A DNA stretch of 64,000 nt from a virus. The notes under the pieces were generated by a model. That model made no database searches. It saw nothing but the letters and a program-made list of their open reading frames with translations, and was not told the DNA's origin. A program made the position numbers and the translations under genes. Numbering within the stretch: the stretch's first letter is position 1; the number at the start of each line of letters is the position of its first letter. Below, one piece after another: positions 9,076 to 16,867 of this stretch. The DNA lies in IMG/VR virus record IMGVR_UViG_3300019776_000324, positions 1-64,000 of that record. The stretch is one strand, 5' to 3'.

Positions 9076-9353
9076 ATGTTGCTATCCAGCGTGTAACCGA
9101 TATACTTGAAAATTTAATAGCCGAAGAGGCCGCAAAAGAAATGCAAGCAAGTATGGACTATGATGTGCTATGTGAAGTAATGATACCATTTGGTTATACT
9201 GCTGTCCAAATTGAGTACGGCAACAACAAGCGGTGGATTGATGTCATGGCATGGGTGGACAGCAACCGTGTTGGTGATTATCAAGAGCACAAAGGTAAAT
9301 GGTTGTTTAAAAATGAACAAGATGCTATAATGTTTAAGTTGAGGTGGGCCTGA
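9072..9353 (+). CDS. small-protein family member (tail EQDAIMFKLRWA)
   Basis: ATG 9072 overlaps the upstream TGA. Confidence 0.6.
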   Translation: MNVAIQRVTDILENLIAEEAAKEMQASMDYDVLCEVMIPFGYTAVQIEYGNNKRWIDVMAWVDSNRVGDYQEHKGKWLFKNEQDAIMFKLRWA

Positions 9354-9544
9354 TGTTTGATGAAAAGAATCGTGTTATAGTATTATCCGCTGGCAGTACA
9401 CAACAGGAGAAACTTGATTGGTGTTGTGATCATTTGGCAGGAACGGTTATGTGCCATCCTATCACTTACGGTCTTGATGATGCTGAGATATGGTATTTTG
9501 AAACGGGTGAAGAATCTACTATGTTTGCGTTAAGGTGGGCATGA
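9353..9544 (+). CDS. small-protein family member (tail EESTMFALRWA)
   Basis: TGATG 1-nt overlap; 63 aa. Confidence 0.55.
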   Translation: MFDEKNRVIVLSAGSTQQEKLDWCCDHLAGTVMCHPITYGLDDAEIWYFETGEESTMFALRWA

Positions 9545-9780
9545 AGATAGAAACTACATGGGATAACCTTAATAAGGTCCCTTGGACAGCAATTAACCGA
9601 GCTGGTGACTATTATCATACGCATGTTAGATCTACAAAGGGTGCTTTCATTGATAGATTAAAGGCCGGTGCCGAATATAGCGCCTGGATGCGAAACAATT
9701 GGGGAATACACCACGAGCCTTTGGAATTCAAAATAGTCGATGAGAAAAAATACACCATGTTCTTGTTGAGGTGGGCATGA
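9541..9780 (+). CDS. small-protein family member (tail EKKYTMFLLRWA)
   Basis: ATGA overlap. Confidence 0.6.
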   Translation: MKIETTWDNLNKVPWTAINRAGDYYHTHVRSTKGAFIDRLKAGAEYSAWMRNNWGIHHEPLEFKIVDEKKYTMFLLRWA

Positions 9781-10007
9781 AAGTAAAGAAAACCGATCCA
9801 ACCTTGTTTGTTGATCCGTATGGAGAAGCCAAACAGAAGTTGTTGAACCGAGGCTATGTTGCTATACCAGTGACTAAGAATCATAACTGGACCGGCATTC
9901 ATGAATGGTGCAAACAATATCTACACTTTGACTACACCTGGTTTGGTTTAGAATTTTGGTTTGCTGACGAACAAGATGCTGTGTTATTTCAGTTGAGGTG
10001 GGCATAA
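9777..10007 (+). CDS. small-protein family member (tail EQDAVLFQLRWA)
   Basis: ATGA overlap. Confidence 0.6.
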   Translation: MKVKKTDPTLFVDPYGEAKQKLLNRGYVAIPVTKNHNWTGIHEWCKQYLHFDYTWFGLEFWFADEQDAVLFQLRWA

Positions 10008-10177
10008 TGTCACTTAATCAAGATTATGCAGTTTCGTGTAAAAACATAACCAACGACCAATGGAACTGGTTGTGCAATACCATAGGAACTCCTACAAAAG
10101 ATTGGCACTATAACTTTGCACATATTTGGTTCTATAAAGAAGAACATAAGACTCTTTGGCTGTTGAGGTGGGCATAA
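10007..10177 (+). CDS. small-protein family member (56 aa, tail HKTLWLLRWA), absent from the ORF track
   Basis: ATG at 10007 overlaps the upstream TAA (TAATG). Translates to MSLNQDYAVSCKNITNDQWNWLCNTIGTPTKDWHYNFAHIWFYKEEHKTLWLLRWA. Ends in the same TTGAGGTGGGCATAA junction. Confidence 0.55.
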   Translation: MSLNQDYAVSCKNITNDQWNWLCNTIGTPTKDWHYNFAHIWFYKEEHKTLWLLRWA

Positions 10178-10178
10178 C

Positions 10179-10427
10179 ATGGCACAATTTTATCAAGGAC
10201 CACACTTTTGGGACAAGAGTACTTACGAAGTTACTGTAAAGACTACTCGGTATCGCGTTCGCCAAGTGTGGATTGATGATATGATCAAGTGGGCTAAAGA
10301 ACGAGAAATAAGCATTCACTGGCAAGGCGAAAGCACTCATGTCCACAACGATGATGAATGGCACGAAGCACACTTCTGCATTTACGACAGCAATGATCGT
10401 ATGTTATTTGCGTTGAGGTGGGCATGA
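10179..10427 (+). CDS. small-protein family member (tail NDRMLFALRWA)
   Basis: 82 aa. Confidence 0.6.
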   Translation: MAQFYQGPHFWDKSTYEVTVKTTRYRVRQVWIDDMIKWAKEREISIHWQGESTHVHNDDEWHEAHFCIYDSNDRMLFALRWA

Positions 10428-10723
10428 GTCTATCAAATCAAGCAAAGAATATAAAAGGTCACATGGATCTGTTTCCAGAAAAGTGGAACGATAACCGTGC
10501 CAAACGAGATAGATTTTGGGCGATGTTAAGACGGGTCAAATCAGACTATTTTACCCTAGTCAAAGATTTGGGCAACGATCCCGACGATGGAAGTTTTTAT
10601 ACATACATGCAGGATACCTATGGTATAAAACTAATATTAACAAACCGTGGTGAGATCACAGACATGTTTGAAGTTACAGATGAAAAGAAACAAATGATGT
10701 TTATTTTAAAATACGGATCATGA
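10424..10723 (+). CDS. small-protein family member (variant tail KKQMMFILKYGS)
   Basis: ATGA overlap. Confidence 0.55.
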   Translation: MSLSNQAKNIKGHMDLFPEKWNDNRAKRDRFWAMLRRVKSDYFTLVKDLGNDPDDGSFYTYMQDTYGIKLILTNRGEITDMFEVTDEKKQMMFILKYGS

Positions 10724-10944
10724 TTAGAGTTAGTACCAAAGACGAAGCGTTTATGCAAGCATATCACAATGCTCGTCGTGCCTTACCGGTTGAAACTCTA
10801 GAAAGCCCCAGGCAGTATGGTGCTCGCTGGCGAGAAACATATTGTTGCAGAGTAGATGCAAACGGAAATAATAAGATAGACGAAACTTATTATGTCTTTG
10901 ACAACGATGAAGATTACACTTGGTTTATGTTACGATGGGGTTAA
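10720..10944 (+). CDS. small-protein family member (tail DEDYTWFMLRWG)
   Basis: ATGA overlap. Confidence 0.6.
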   Translation: MIRVSTKDEAFMQAYHNARRALPVETLESPRQYGARWRETYCCRVDANGNNKIDETYYVFDNDEDYTWFMLRWG

Positions 10945-11159
10945 AGATCGCTGTCAAAGATTCAGCCGAAGCATTTGGCCTTAAAATGGAAGTAGACCGT
11001 CATGGCCTGCGTCCTGGTGCAGGATATACTTGGCGTTATACTCCAGCGGTAAGAGATTACTTTGGCCTCATAGCCGAAGAAGAGGATGTGGCTCGAGTAG
11101 AGTTTGAGTTTGACGATCCAAAGTGGGCAACATATTTTCAATTACGGTGGGCACAATGA
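10935..11159 (+). CDS. small-protein family member (tail KWATYFQLRWAQ)
   Basis: First ATG after the overlap region; the track start 10920 was rejected. Confidence 0.5.
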   Translation: MGLKIAVKDSAEAFGLKMEVDRHGLRPGAGYTWRYTPAVRDYFGLIAEEEDVARVEFEFDDPKWATYFQLRWAQ

Positions 11160-11470
11160 CAACTACAACAGTATATAATCTAGCAGATGGTAGTGTAGTA
11201 GAGCTAAAAACCAATCCAGGTGCAGCACCTATTGTATTCCTTAATGGTGTTATACAACAACCTGGAACTTATTCCTTGTCAGGAACAAATGTCATATTTG
11301 ATACACCGCAAAAAACATGGCAATGGCAACAGCATTATGCTTGGTTACCAAAGCGCATTAATGGTAAGTGGTATTGGTTTACTTATGTTTATCGTTACTG
11401 GTGTCTATCGCCTGGCGGAGGATTTTGGCGATATGGCGACGACTTTGACAAATTAAAGGACACCAAATGA
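11156..11470 (+). CDS. hypothetical protein (104 aa, no family tail)
   Basis: ATGA overlap start; the track start 11123 was rejected. Confidence 0.45.
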   Translation: MTTTTVYNLADGSVVELKTNPGAAPIVFLNGVIQQPGTYSLSGTNVIFDTPQKTWQWQQHYAWLPKRINGKWYWFTYVYRYWCLSPGGGFWRYGDDFDKLKDTK

Positions 11471-11724
11471 GTTGGAAACCCATGGTAGACTATGAAGAAT
11501 CGGTTCCTCTAAAGCGTCGAGCAACCAAGAAAAAGGTTTGGGATGAATTGACTCAAACCTGGAAAGATGCTACAATATGGACTGTAATCTATAATCGTGA
11601 GCTAAAGGATTGGTTAGAAGAGACCTATCCTGGCAAGCAAGGGTGGGGCACTGCCTGGAGCGATAGCAAGATTATCATGGAAGAACCAGTTTACTTACAT
11701 TATTGTTTAAAGTTTGGAGCATGA
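11467..11724 (+). CDS. small-protein family member (variant tail VYLHYCLKFGA)
   Basis: ATGA overlap. Confidence 0.55.
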   Translation: MSWKPMVDYEESVPLKRRATKKKVWDELTQTWKDATIWTVIYNRELKDWLEETYPGKQGWGTAWSDSKIIMEEPVYLHYCLKFGA

Positions 11725-11951
11725 TGTCACCTTGGGAATACTTACGCGAGTGGAATCTAATGGAAAAGCCGGATTCACGCCGAGCCAGTAGAGAGTGGAT
11801 CAATCAAGAAATGCAGAGTCACTGGCCAGGTCCGTATCGTGTGGAACGATGCCAATCACGCTATGCTGGCACAGGTTGGCGTATTGATTACGAGATTAAA
11901 TTTGCGGATCCTCAAGAAGAAACAATGTTTAGATTAAAGTTTGGAGCATAA
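11721..11951 (+). CDS. small-protein family member (tail QEETMFRLKFGA)
   Basis: ATGA overlap; the track start 11703 was rejected. Confidence 0.55.
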   Translation: MMSPWEYLREWNLMEKPDSRRASREWINQEMQSHWPGPYRVERCQSRYAGTGWRIDYEIKFADPQEETMFRLKFGA

Positions 11952-12334
11952 TGGATAGAGATTTAGAAGACGATCTTAAGAACGATGCCTTGGTCATGGA
12001 AAAGATCAAGGATCGTCGCTATGCTCAAAATGTCTATGCCGCACTGTGCAACATGCGTTGGCAACCTGAGGAAGTATGGCCTGTGCTCACTGATGAATAC
12101 TGGTCATGTAGTTGGCGCAGTGCTGGTGGGCTTGTAGCTGATCTTAGAGTTGACTTTAATGAAGATTACATGGATTGGTATTGTTCAGGTATTAGTGGAG
12201 GATTTGATTTTGAATCTGATGACGAAGAGCGTAATAAAGGATATGTTGCAGAAGGGGAAGTAACAGATGAAATTCGTGAAGATTTTGCTCGCTTGGGTTG
12301 GCATCCAAGTCCATGGCCTAAAGACGAGGTATAA
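11951..12334 (+). CDS. acidic hypothetical protein (127 aa)
   Basis: TAATG overlap. Asp/Glu-rich. No family tail. Confidence 0.5.
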   Translation: MDRDLEDDLKNDALVMEKIKDRRYAQNVYAALCNMRWQPEEVWPVLTDEYWSCSWRSAGGLVADLRVDFNEDYMDWYCSGISGGFDFESDDEERNKGYVAEGEVTDEIREDFARLGWHPSPWPKDEV

Positions 12335-12338
12335 TAAT

Positions 12339-12572
12339 ATGTTTGTTAAAGATGTTGAAAAAATGATTATCGGCAGTTTAAAAGAAGTTATGAAGGATCG
12401 CAATCTTTTTTATAACTCAACTGTGGGGCCGGAGTACTGTCACTTAACCAACGAGGGTGCAAAGGCTATTACTGACATGTGTAATGTCTTACTACCTAGG
12501 TTGCTTAAAGCACAAGAGCTAGAAGATATTGAACGCAGTAAAATGATAGTTATGCAAGAACTTAAAAAATGA
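12339..12572 (+). CDS. hypothetical protein (77 aa)
   Basis: ATG 12339 with GACGAGGT SD; the track start 12267 was rejected. Confidence 0.45.
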   Translation: MFVKDVEKMIIGSLKEVMKDRNLFYNSTVGPEYCHLTNEGAKAITDMCNVLLPRLLKAQELEDIERSKMIVMQELKK

Positions 12573-12835
12573 ACAGTCACGACCGTAGAGTTGTAGAGCG
12601 AGCATGGCCACACCATGTTTATCTGCACGATGGTGACAGTTTAGTTGAAGATTGTTTTGAATGGTTACACACAAATTTTGGTTCATGCCGTTGGACTGGC
12701 AAGCGCAATCCGCGCTGGTGCTGGCGTCCAGATATGGGTCAAGGCCCTAACTTTGTTATAATGCGACATGGTGTAGAAATATTCTTCCGTAAGAAAGAAG
12801 ATTACGCTTGGTTTATGTTAAAGTGGGATAGATGA
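12569..12835 (+). CDS. small-protein family member (tail KEDYAWFMLKWDR)
   Basis: ATGA overlap. Confidence 0.6.
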   Translation: MNSHDRRVVERAWPHHVYLHDGDSLVEDCFEWLHTNFGSCRWTGKRNPRWCWRPDMGQGPNFVIMRHGVEIFFRKKEDYAWFMLKWDR

Positions 12836-13116
12836 ATTACTATTACGAAATTAGTGAAAAGTATGATGGCACTGTGTTTGGCGACCGGTGGCGTTACTGG
12901 TGCTTGGCCAACTGTAGCCCAGCTGAAGGTGGCAAAATGTGTTTTAAAACACACGACGAGTTTGTAGCTCGTAGCAGTCGTGTATGGTTAGAAAATGCCA
13001 ATGGTGTTTATCAAATCAAGCCCGACTGGTATGGCATGCGTGGGCAAGTGGATCCACATGAGTTTACTATGATTAAACTAAAATCACGAGTGTATAAATG
13101 GTGGTACGATGAATGA
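12832..13116 (+). CDS. small-protein family member (degenerate tail FTMIKLKSRVYKWWYDE)
   Basis: ATGA overlap. The motif is displaced from the C-terminus. Confidence 0.45.
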   Translation: MNYYYEISEKYDGTVFGDRWRYWCLANCSPAEGGKMCFKTHDEFVARSSRVWLENANGVYQIKPDWYGMRGQVDPHEFTMIKLKSRVYKWWYDE

Positions 13117-13450
13117 TGATGACATAAAAGCCTTGCATAACAAGCTACGAGGTTACAGCAAACAACTACCTGGGCAAGCCGGCGACGAATACTATGAAAG
13201 TCAGGCCGCTAGATTAGATACTATCATAGGTGGCGACACTGGCCACTTCCAACGCTTGCAACGAGTACGCAACGAATGGGACGAGCTAGCTAGAGCTGTG
13301 CCTGTTGGACAAGGTTTCTTAACATTCTACGACTATGTAAAAGAGTACTATGGTATCAAACTAATGTATGACGGCGATGATCTAAAGTTAGAATATAGTA
13401 TTATAGACGAAAAGAAGTACACTGTGTTCTTATTGAAGTTTGATAGATAA
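13109..13450 (+). CDS. small-protein family member (tail EKKYTVFLLKFDR)
   Basis: 113 aa. Confidence 0.55.
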   Translation: MNDDDIKALHNKLRGYSKQLPGQAGDEYYESQAARLDTIIGGDTGHFQRLQRVRNEWDELARAVPVGQGFLTFYDYVKEYYGIKLMYDGDDLKLEYSIIDEKKYTVFLLKFDR

Positions 13451-13704
13451 TGCATATAAACAATTTTACTTTACCTACTCCGCCGCAGGAATTACTAGAC
13501 AAGTGTATTCAAGTTGCATTTGATGGTGAGGGCCGGTTTATGAGTAAAATGCGCCGCTGGTGTTACGATCATACAGAATCATTTGTATGGGCAGATCGTA
13601 TTGACATGAGCGATAGTAGCTACTGGACCGGCCCGGATGATTATGTAGTGTTTTATTTTTATAAAGAAATTGATGCTACACTATTTAGATTAAAGTGGCT
13701 ATGA
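13450..13704 (+). CDS. small-protein family member (tail IDATLFRLKWL)
   Basis: TAATG overlap. Confidence 0.55.
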   Translation: MHINNFTLPTPPQELLDKCIQVAFDGEGRFMSKMRRWCYDHTESFVWADRIDMSDSSYWTGPDDYVVFYFYKEIDATLFRLKWL

Positions 13705-13925
13705 TTGATCGTAATCCACTGTTAACCATTCCTGTAAAAACCTACGCTCATTATAGTGAGTGCGAACCTTGGCTGTTGGCCAATGTAGGTGGCTGGAATG
13801 ACTTATGGTGGAGAGATTTTCAAGATGTTGCTATGCATGTGGCCTTAGGCGAAGGAACACAACCAGACTGCTATTGGTTTTGTCGTGAACAAGATGCCTT
13901 GATGTTTAGGTTAAAATTTCAATGA
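13701..13925 (+). CDS. small-protein family member (tail EQDALMFRLKFQ)
   Basis: ATG 13701 with ATGA overlap; the track start 13695 was rejected. Confidence 0.55.
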   Translation: MIDRNPLLTIPVKTYAHYSECEPWLLANVGGWNDLWWRDFQDVAMHVALGEGTQPDCYWFCREQDALMFRLKFQ

Positions 13926-14143
13926 TATGGTCCATGATCATTGCCAAGGTCTTGACTACAGTGATGTCGTGGTTAGATGCTGGCAATCTACGCAACAAGG
14001 TTTACAAGCAGGCTGAAGAAGCAGAAATCATGATGACTGCCTTAGAAGATATTGAACGCATGAGCAAGGAAGACCGGATCAAACACTATGCTCGTACAGC
14101 AATTAACACAGTAAAAGGATTGCCCATTGAAGACGACTATTAA
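13922..14143 (+). CDS. hypothetical protein (73 aa)
   Basis: ATGA overlap. No family tail. Confidence 0.45.
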   Translation: MIWSMIIAKVLTTVMSWLDAGNLRNKVYKQAEEAEIMMTALEDIERMSKEDRIKHYARTAINTVKGLPIEDDY

Positions 14144-14468
14144 GCACAACTTGATTATCTTTCATCGTCCTAAAGAGTGGGATGAACTACAACAACGATT
14201 AATAGATGAATATGGTCGTAGTGTTATTCTGGTTCGAGACAAGTGTCGTCGTGAGCTGGGATTTACTCCCCGCCATCACAGGGGTTTAATTCCTTACCTA
14301 GACAAATGGGGACACGGCGTGGTAAGAAACTCTGGTGCTACCAAAGAGCAAGCTGACAAGTTTATTGCAGAAAATAAACACAAAATGGCCTACGACAATC
14401 AGGTACATTTAGACTTCTATAGCGAAGCAGCAATGAGCTGGTTTGTGCTAAAATATCTTAATGACTAG
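14127..14468 (+). CDS. small-protein family member (variant tail AAMSWFVLKYLND)
   Basis: Only possible start is TTG 14127, with AAAAGGA 8 nt upstream. Confidence 0.4.
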   Translation: MKTTIKHNLIIFHRPKEWDELQQRLIDEYGRSVILVRDKCRRELGFTPRHHRGLIPYLDKWGHGVVRNSGATKEQADKFIAENKHKMAYDNQVHLDFYSEAAMSWFVLKYLND

Positions 14469-14471
14469 CGG

Positions 14472-14500
14472 TTGACCAGAAATTCCATTTCGGTTATAAT
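14472..14500 (+). promoter_or_regulatory. sigma70-consensus promoter (TTGACC-N17-TATAAT), ATG 6 nt downstream
   Basis: TTGACC 14472-14477, TATAAT 14495-14500, then AGTAGTATG with the start codon at 14507. Confidence 0.6.
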
Positions 14501-14506
14501 AGTAGT

Positions 14507-14797
14507 ATGAAAGTGATTAAATTAGACCGAAGATACGCCGGCTTTCCTAAGTGGAAGTATGCCTGCCAATTTCCTGTAAGAAATCACAATTATCGAAAAG
14601 AATATTTTAACTACGTTCGGACATTTAAAGAATTGTTTGGTGCAGAATCTCAGTCAAACCCTGACCGTAATACCGGCGATTGGTCTAAGCCTTTTTGGAT
14701 TTATAACGAGCACTGGTGCACTGACTTTCCTAAACAGCGAATTCTTGTTAAAGATCAAGCGGTTATAAGCATGATCATGCTGAAAATGCCCGGTTGA
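14507..14797 (+). CDS. small-protein family member (variant tail DQAVISMIMLKMPG), probably on a leaderless mRNA
   Basis: ATG at 14507 is 6 nt after the TATAAT box with no SD. DQAVISMIMLKM resembles EQDAVMFKLKWA. Confidence 0.5.
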   Translation: MKVIKLDRRYAGFPKWKYACQFPVRNHNYRKEYFNYVRTFKELFGAESQSNPDRNTGDWSKPFWIYNEHWCTDFPKQRILVKDQAVISMIMLKMPG

Positions 14798-14822
14798 CTC
14801 GAAATGCCCAAAATGCTATAAT
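14794..14822 (+). promoter_or_regulatory. sigma70-consensus promoter (TTGACT-N17-TATAAT)
   Basis: TTGACT 14794-14799 contains the upstream TGA stop. TATAAT 14817-14822, then TAGTTAGAAATTAGGAGCAGAA before ATG 14853. Confidence 0.65.
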
Positions 14823-14852
14823 ATTACATATAGTTAGAAATTAGGAGCAGAA

Positions 14853-15143
14853 ATGGACAAGATTTACTTCGTACTTGGGTTTACTTTGTTTTGGACTGTG
14901 GCTATTGTTCTGGCAGGTATTGTTCTTATGTATGTTTACCATGCTGTTAAAACCGTTCCAATGGCAATAGATTTTTTTCGCTGGTACCGATTTTATGCTA
15001 TTCGACATAATCCTGAATGGGAATCTCGAGTAGGTATTGTTCACAATTATATTGCGGCATTTATTAGTGTTTGGGATTACAACGAAAATACCCGTATCAC
15101 TCACCATGCTGGTGTAGTTTACAAACCCTACGCATGGAAGTGA
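14853..15143 (+). CDS. small membrane protein (96 aa, 2-3 TM)
   Basis: AGGAG SD. Hydrophobic helices. Confidence 0.55.
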   Translation: MDKIYFVLGFTLFWTVAIVLAGIVLMYVYHAVKTVPMAIDFFRWYRFYAIRHNPEWESRVGIVHNYIAAFISVWDYNENTRITHHAGVVYKPYAWK

Positions 15144-15172
15144 TTGACCAAATAATCCATTTATAGTATAAT
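15144..15172 (+). promoter_or_regulatory. sigma70-consensus promoter (TTGACC-N17-TATAAT)
   Basis: TTGACC 15144-15149 lies immediately after the upstream TGA. TATAAT 15167-15172, then AGTTGTATAGTTAATAAAAGGAG before ATG 15201. Confidence 0.7.
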
Positions 15173-15200
15173 AGTTGTATAGTTAATAAAAGGAGCCCAT

Positions 15201-15530
15201 ATGTTAGAACGCAATTTAGATACTAGAGAAGCACCTACAAAATGGTGGGCGGCGCAAGATGCTCGCATGCGTAACTTGGCAAATAAAAGTCACTACGATG
15301 AGCAAACTCAAATTCGCGTTGAACGCATGATCATGGCCCTGGGTCTTTGCTACAATGCAAAAGGTATTCACGAAGCGTTTGGCAAGCGGGGTGTGAGTAT
15401 CAAAGTAGACCGTCCTACTTCAATCAAAGATCGCGTGAATCTCAAATTGCTAGAACAAGATTGGGAAGAGGCGGGTGTAACTAAAAAGGTAAGCCCACAG
15501 GGCGTTATCTATAGATTCTCTGCAGATTGA
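15201..15530 (+). CDS. hypothetical protein (109 aa)
   Basis: AAGGAG SD 7 nt upstream. Confidence 0.55.
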   Translation: MLERNLDTREAPTKWWAAQDARMRNLANKSHYDEQTQIRVERMIMALGLCYNAKGIHEAFGKRGVSIKVDRPTSIKDRVNLKLLEQDWEEAGVTKKVSPQGVIYRFSAD

Positions 15531-15555
15531 CCTATAATTCCATTAATAGTATAAT
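15527..15555 (+). promoter_or_regulatory. sigma70-consensus promoter (TTGACC-N17-TATAAT)
   Basis: TTGACC 15527-15532 overlaps the upstream TGA. TATAAT 15550-15555, then AGTAGTATAGTTAATAACAAAGGCAG before ATG 15584. Confidence 0.7.
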
Positions 15556-15583
15556 AGTAGTATAGTTAATAACAAAGGCAGAT

Positions 15584-16867
15584 ATGACCACTAGCACACA
15601 AAACAAAAAAGAATCAGACAAGTTTAAAAACTTATTGGGTCCGACTAACCCTAAAGTTGATGCAGATGTTCGTGAGAAGTTGATTACTGCTCGTGTGGGC
15701 TTGTTACTTCGTGCAAGTTTCTTTGGTAACTTGGCTACTCGCTTAAAGTTAGTCAATGCTGATGAATGGTGTCCAACAGCCGCAACTGATGGTCGTCACT
15801 TTTACTACAATACCCGTTTCGTAAACATGCTCAAGCCAAAAGAGATTGAGTTCTTGTTTGGTCATGAGGTCTTGCACTGTGTTTACGATCACTTTGGCCG
15901 TCGTGGCGATCGTGACCATCAACTGTTTAACATTGCCAATGACTATTGCGTAAACGCAGACTTGAAGAAACATCGTGTGGGCGAGTTTATTACATCAGTA
16001 CCTTGCTTGTACGATGCCAAGTACGAAGGTATGAGTTCAGAAGAGATTTATGATCTCTTGTATGAAAATGCTGAAAAGATCAATATCAGTGATTTGATTG
16101 ACAAATTGCTCGATGATCACTTGGATGGTAATGGTGACGGGGAAGGTGAAGATGGCGATGAGAAAGATGGCAAAGGCAAGGGTCGCCCTAAACTAAGCGC
16201 AGAAGAGCGTCAACAGATCAAAGATGAGATCAAAGAAGCTGTATTGGCTGCGGCTGCCGCTAGCGACGGTGCAGGTAACTTGCCAGCAGGTGTCAAGCGT
16301 ATCATTGAAGATATGACTGCACCTAAAATGAACTGGCGCGAGTTGTTGCGTATGCAATTAGAGTCAACTATCAAGACTGACTACACTTGGATGCGCTCTA
16401 GCCGTAAAGGCTGGCACATGGATGCTATTATGCCTGGACAGAAGTTTGATGAGCTTATTGATATTGCTGTTAGTATTGACGCTTCAGGCAGTATGGGCGA
16501 AGCTATGCTCAAAGATATCTTGTCAGAAGTGCAAGGTATTGTAGACAGTTTCCCAGCTTACAAACTGCACATTGTATCGTTTGATACTCAGATTTACAAT
16601 CCACAGACTTACGACAGTGAGAACTTGGACAATCTAGTAGACTACGAAATCCACGGTGGTGGCGGTACAGACTTTGATTGTGTGTTTGAATACTTCAAAG
16701 AAAATGACATCCAACCCAAGCGTCATATCATGTTTACTGACGGTTACCCATGTGGTAGTTGGGGTGATGAGAACTACTGTGATACTGTGTTTATCATGCA
16801 CGGTACTACTAGCATTGTTCCACCGTTTGGTCAGTACGCTTACTATGAGGAAGAAAAGAGTCACTAA
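15584..16867 (+). CDS. metallopeptidase-like (HExxH) plus von Willebrand factor A domain protein, partner of MoxR-type AAA+ ATPases
   Basis: GHEVLHCVYDH zinc-binding-type motif in the N-terminal half. MIDAS motif DASGSMG and downstream T/D ligands in the C-terminal half. An acidic Gly/Asp/Glu/Lys linker (DGNGDGEGEDGDEKDGKGKG) joins them. Confidence 0.65.
   Translation: MTTSTQNKKESDKFKNLLGPTNPKVDADVREKLITARVGLLLRASFFGNLATRLKLVNADEWCPTAATDGRHFYYNTRFVNMLKPKEIEFLFGHEVLHCVYDHFGRRGDRDHQLFNIANDYCVNADLKKHRVGEFITSVPCLYDAKYEGMSSEEIYDLLYENAEKINISDLIDKLLDDHLDGNGDGEGEDGDEKDGKGKGRPKLSAEERQQIKDEIKEAVLAAAAASDGAGNLPAGVKRIIEDMTAPKMNWRELLRMQLESTIKTDYTWMRSSRKGWHMDAIMPGQKFDELIDIAVSIDASGSMGEAMLKDILSEVQGIVDSFPAYKLHIVSFDTQIYNPQTYDSENLDNLVDYEIHGGGGTDFDCVFEYFKENDIQPKRHIMFTDGYPCGSWGDENYCDTVFIMHGTTSIVPPFGQYAYYEEEKSH

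Larger units (their letters stand above)
7851..10427 (+). repeat. dispersed 15-nt junction repeat TTGAGGTGGGCATGA, at least 9 near-identical copies at consecutive gene boundaries
   Basis: Copies end at 7865, 8803, 9353, 9544, 9780, 10007, 10177 and 10427, with variants at 9075, 8471, 7318, 6332 and 11159. Each encodes L-R-W-A-stop and carries GAGGTGG (SD) plus the ATG of the next gene. Confidence 0.7.

Noticed and set aside
7851-10427. Regularly spaced 15-nt repeats. Could this be a CRISPR array?
   Set aside because: Spacing is 170-330 nt and irregular. The intervening segments are protein-coding with conserved reading frames, and the repeat encodes a stop/start junction. This is not a CRISPR.
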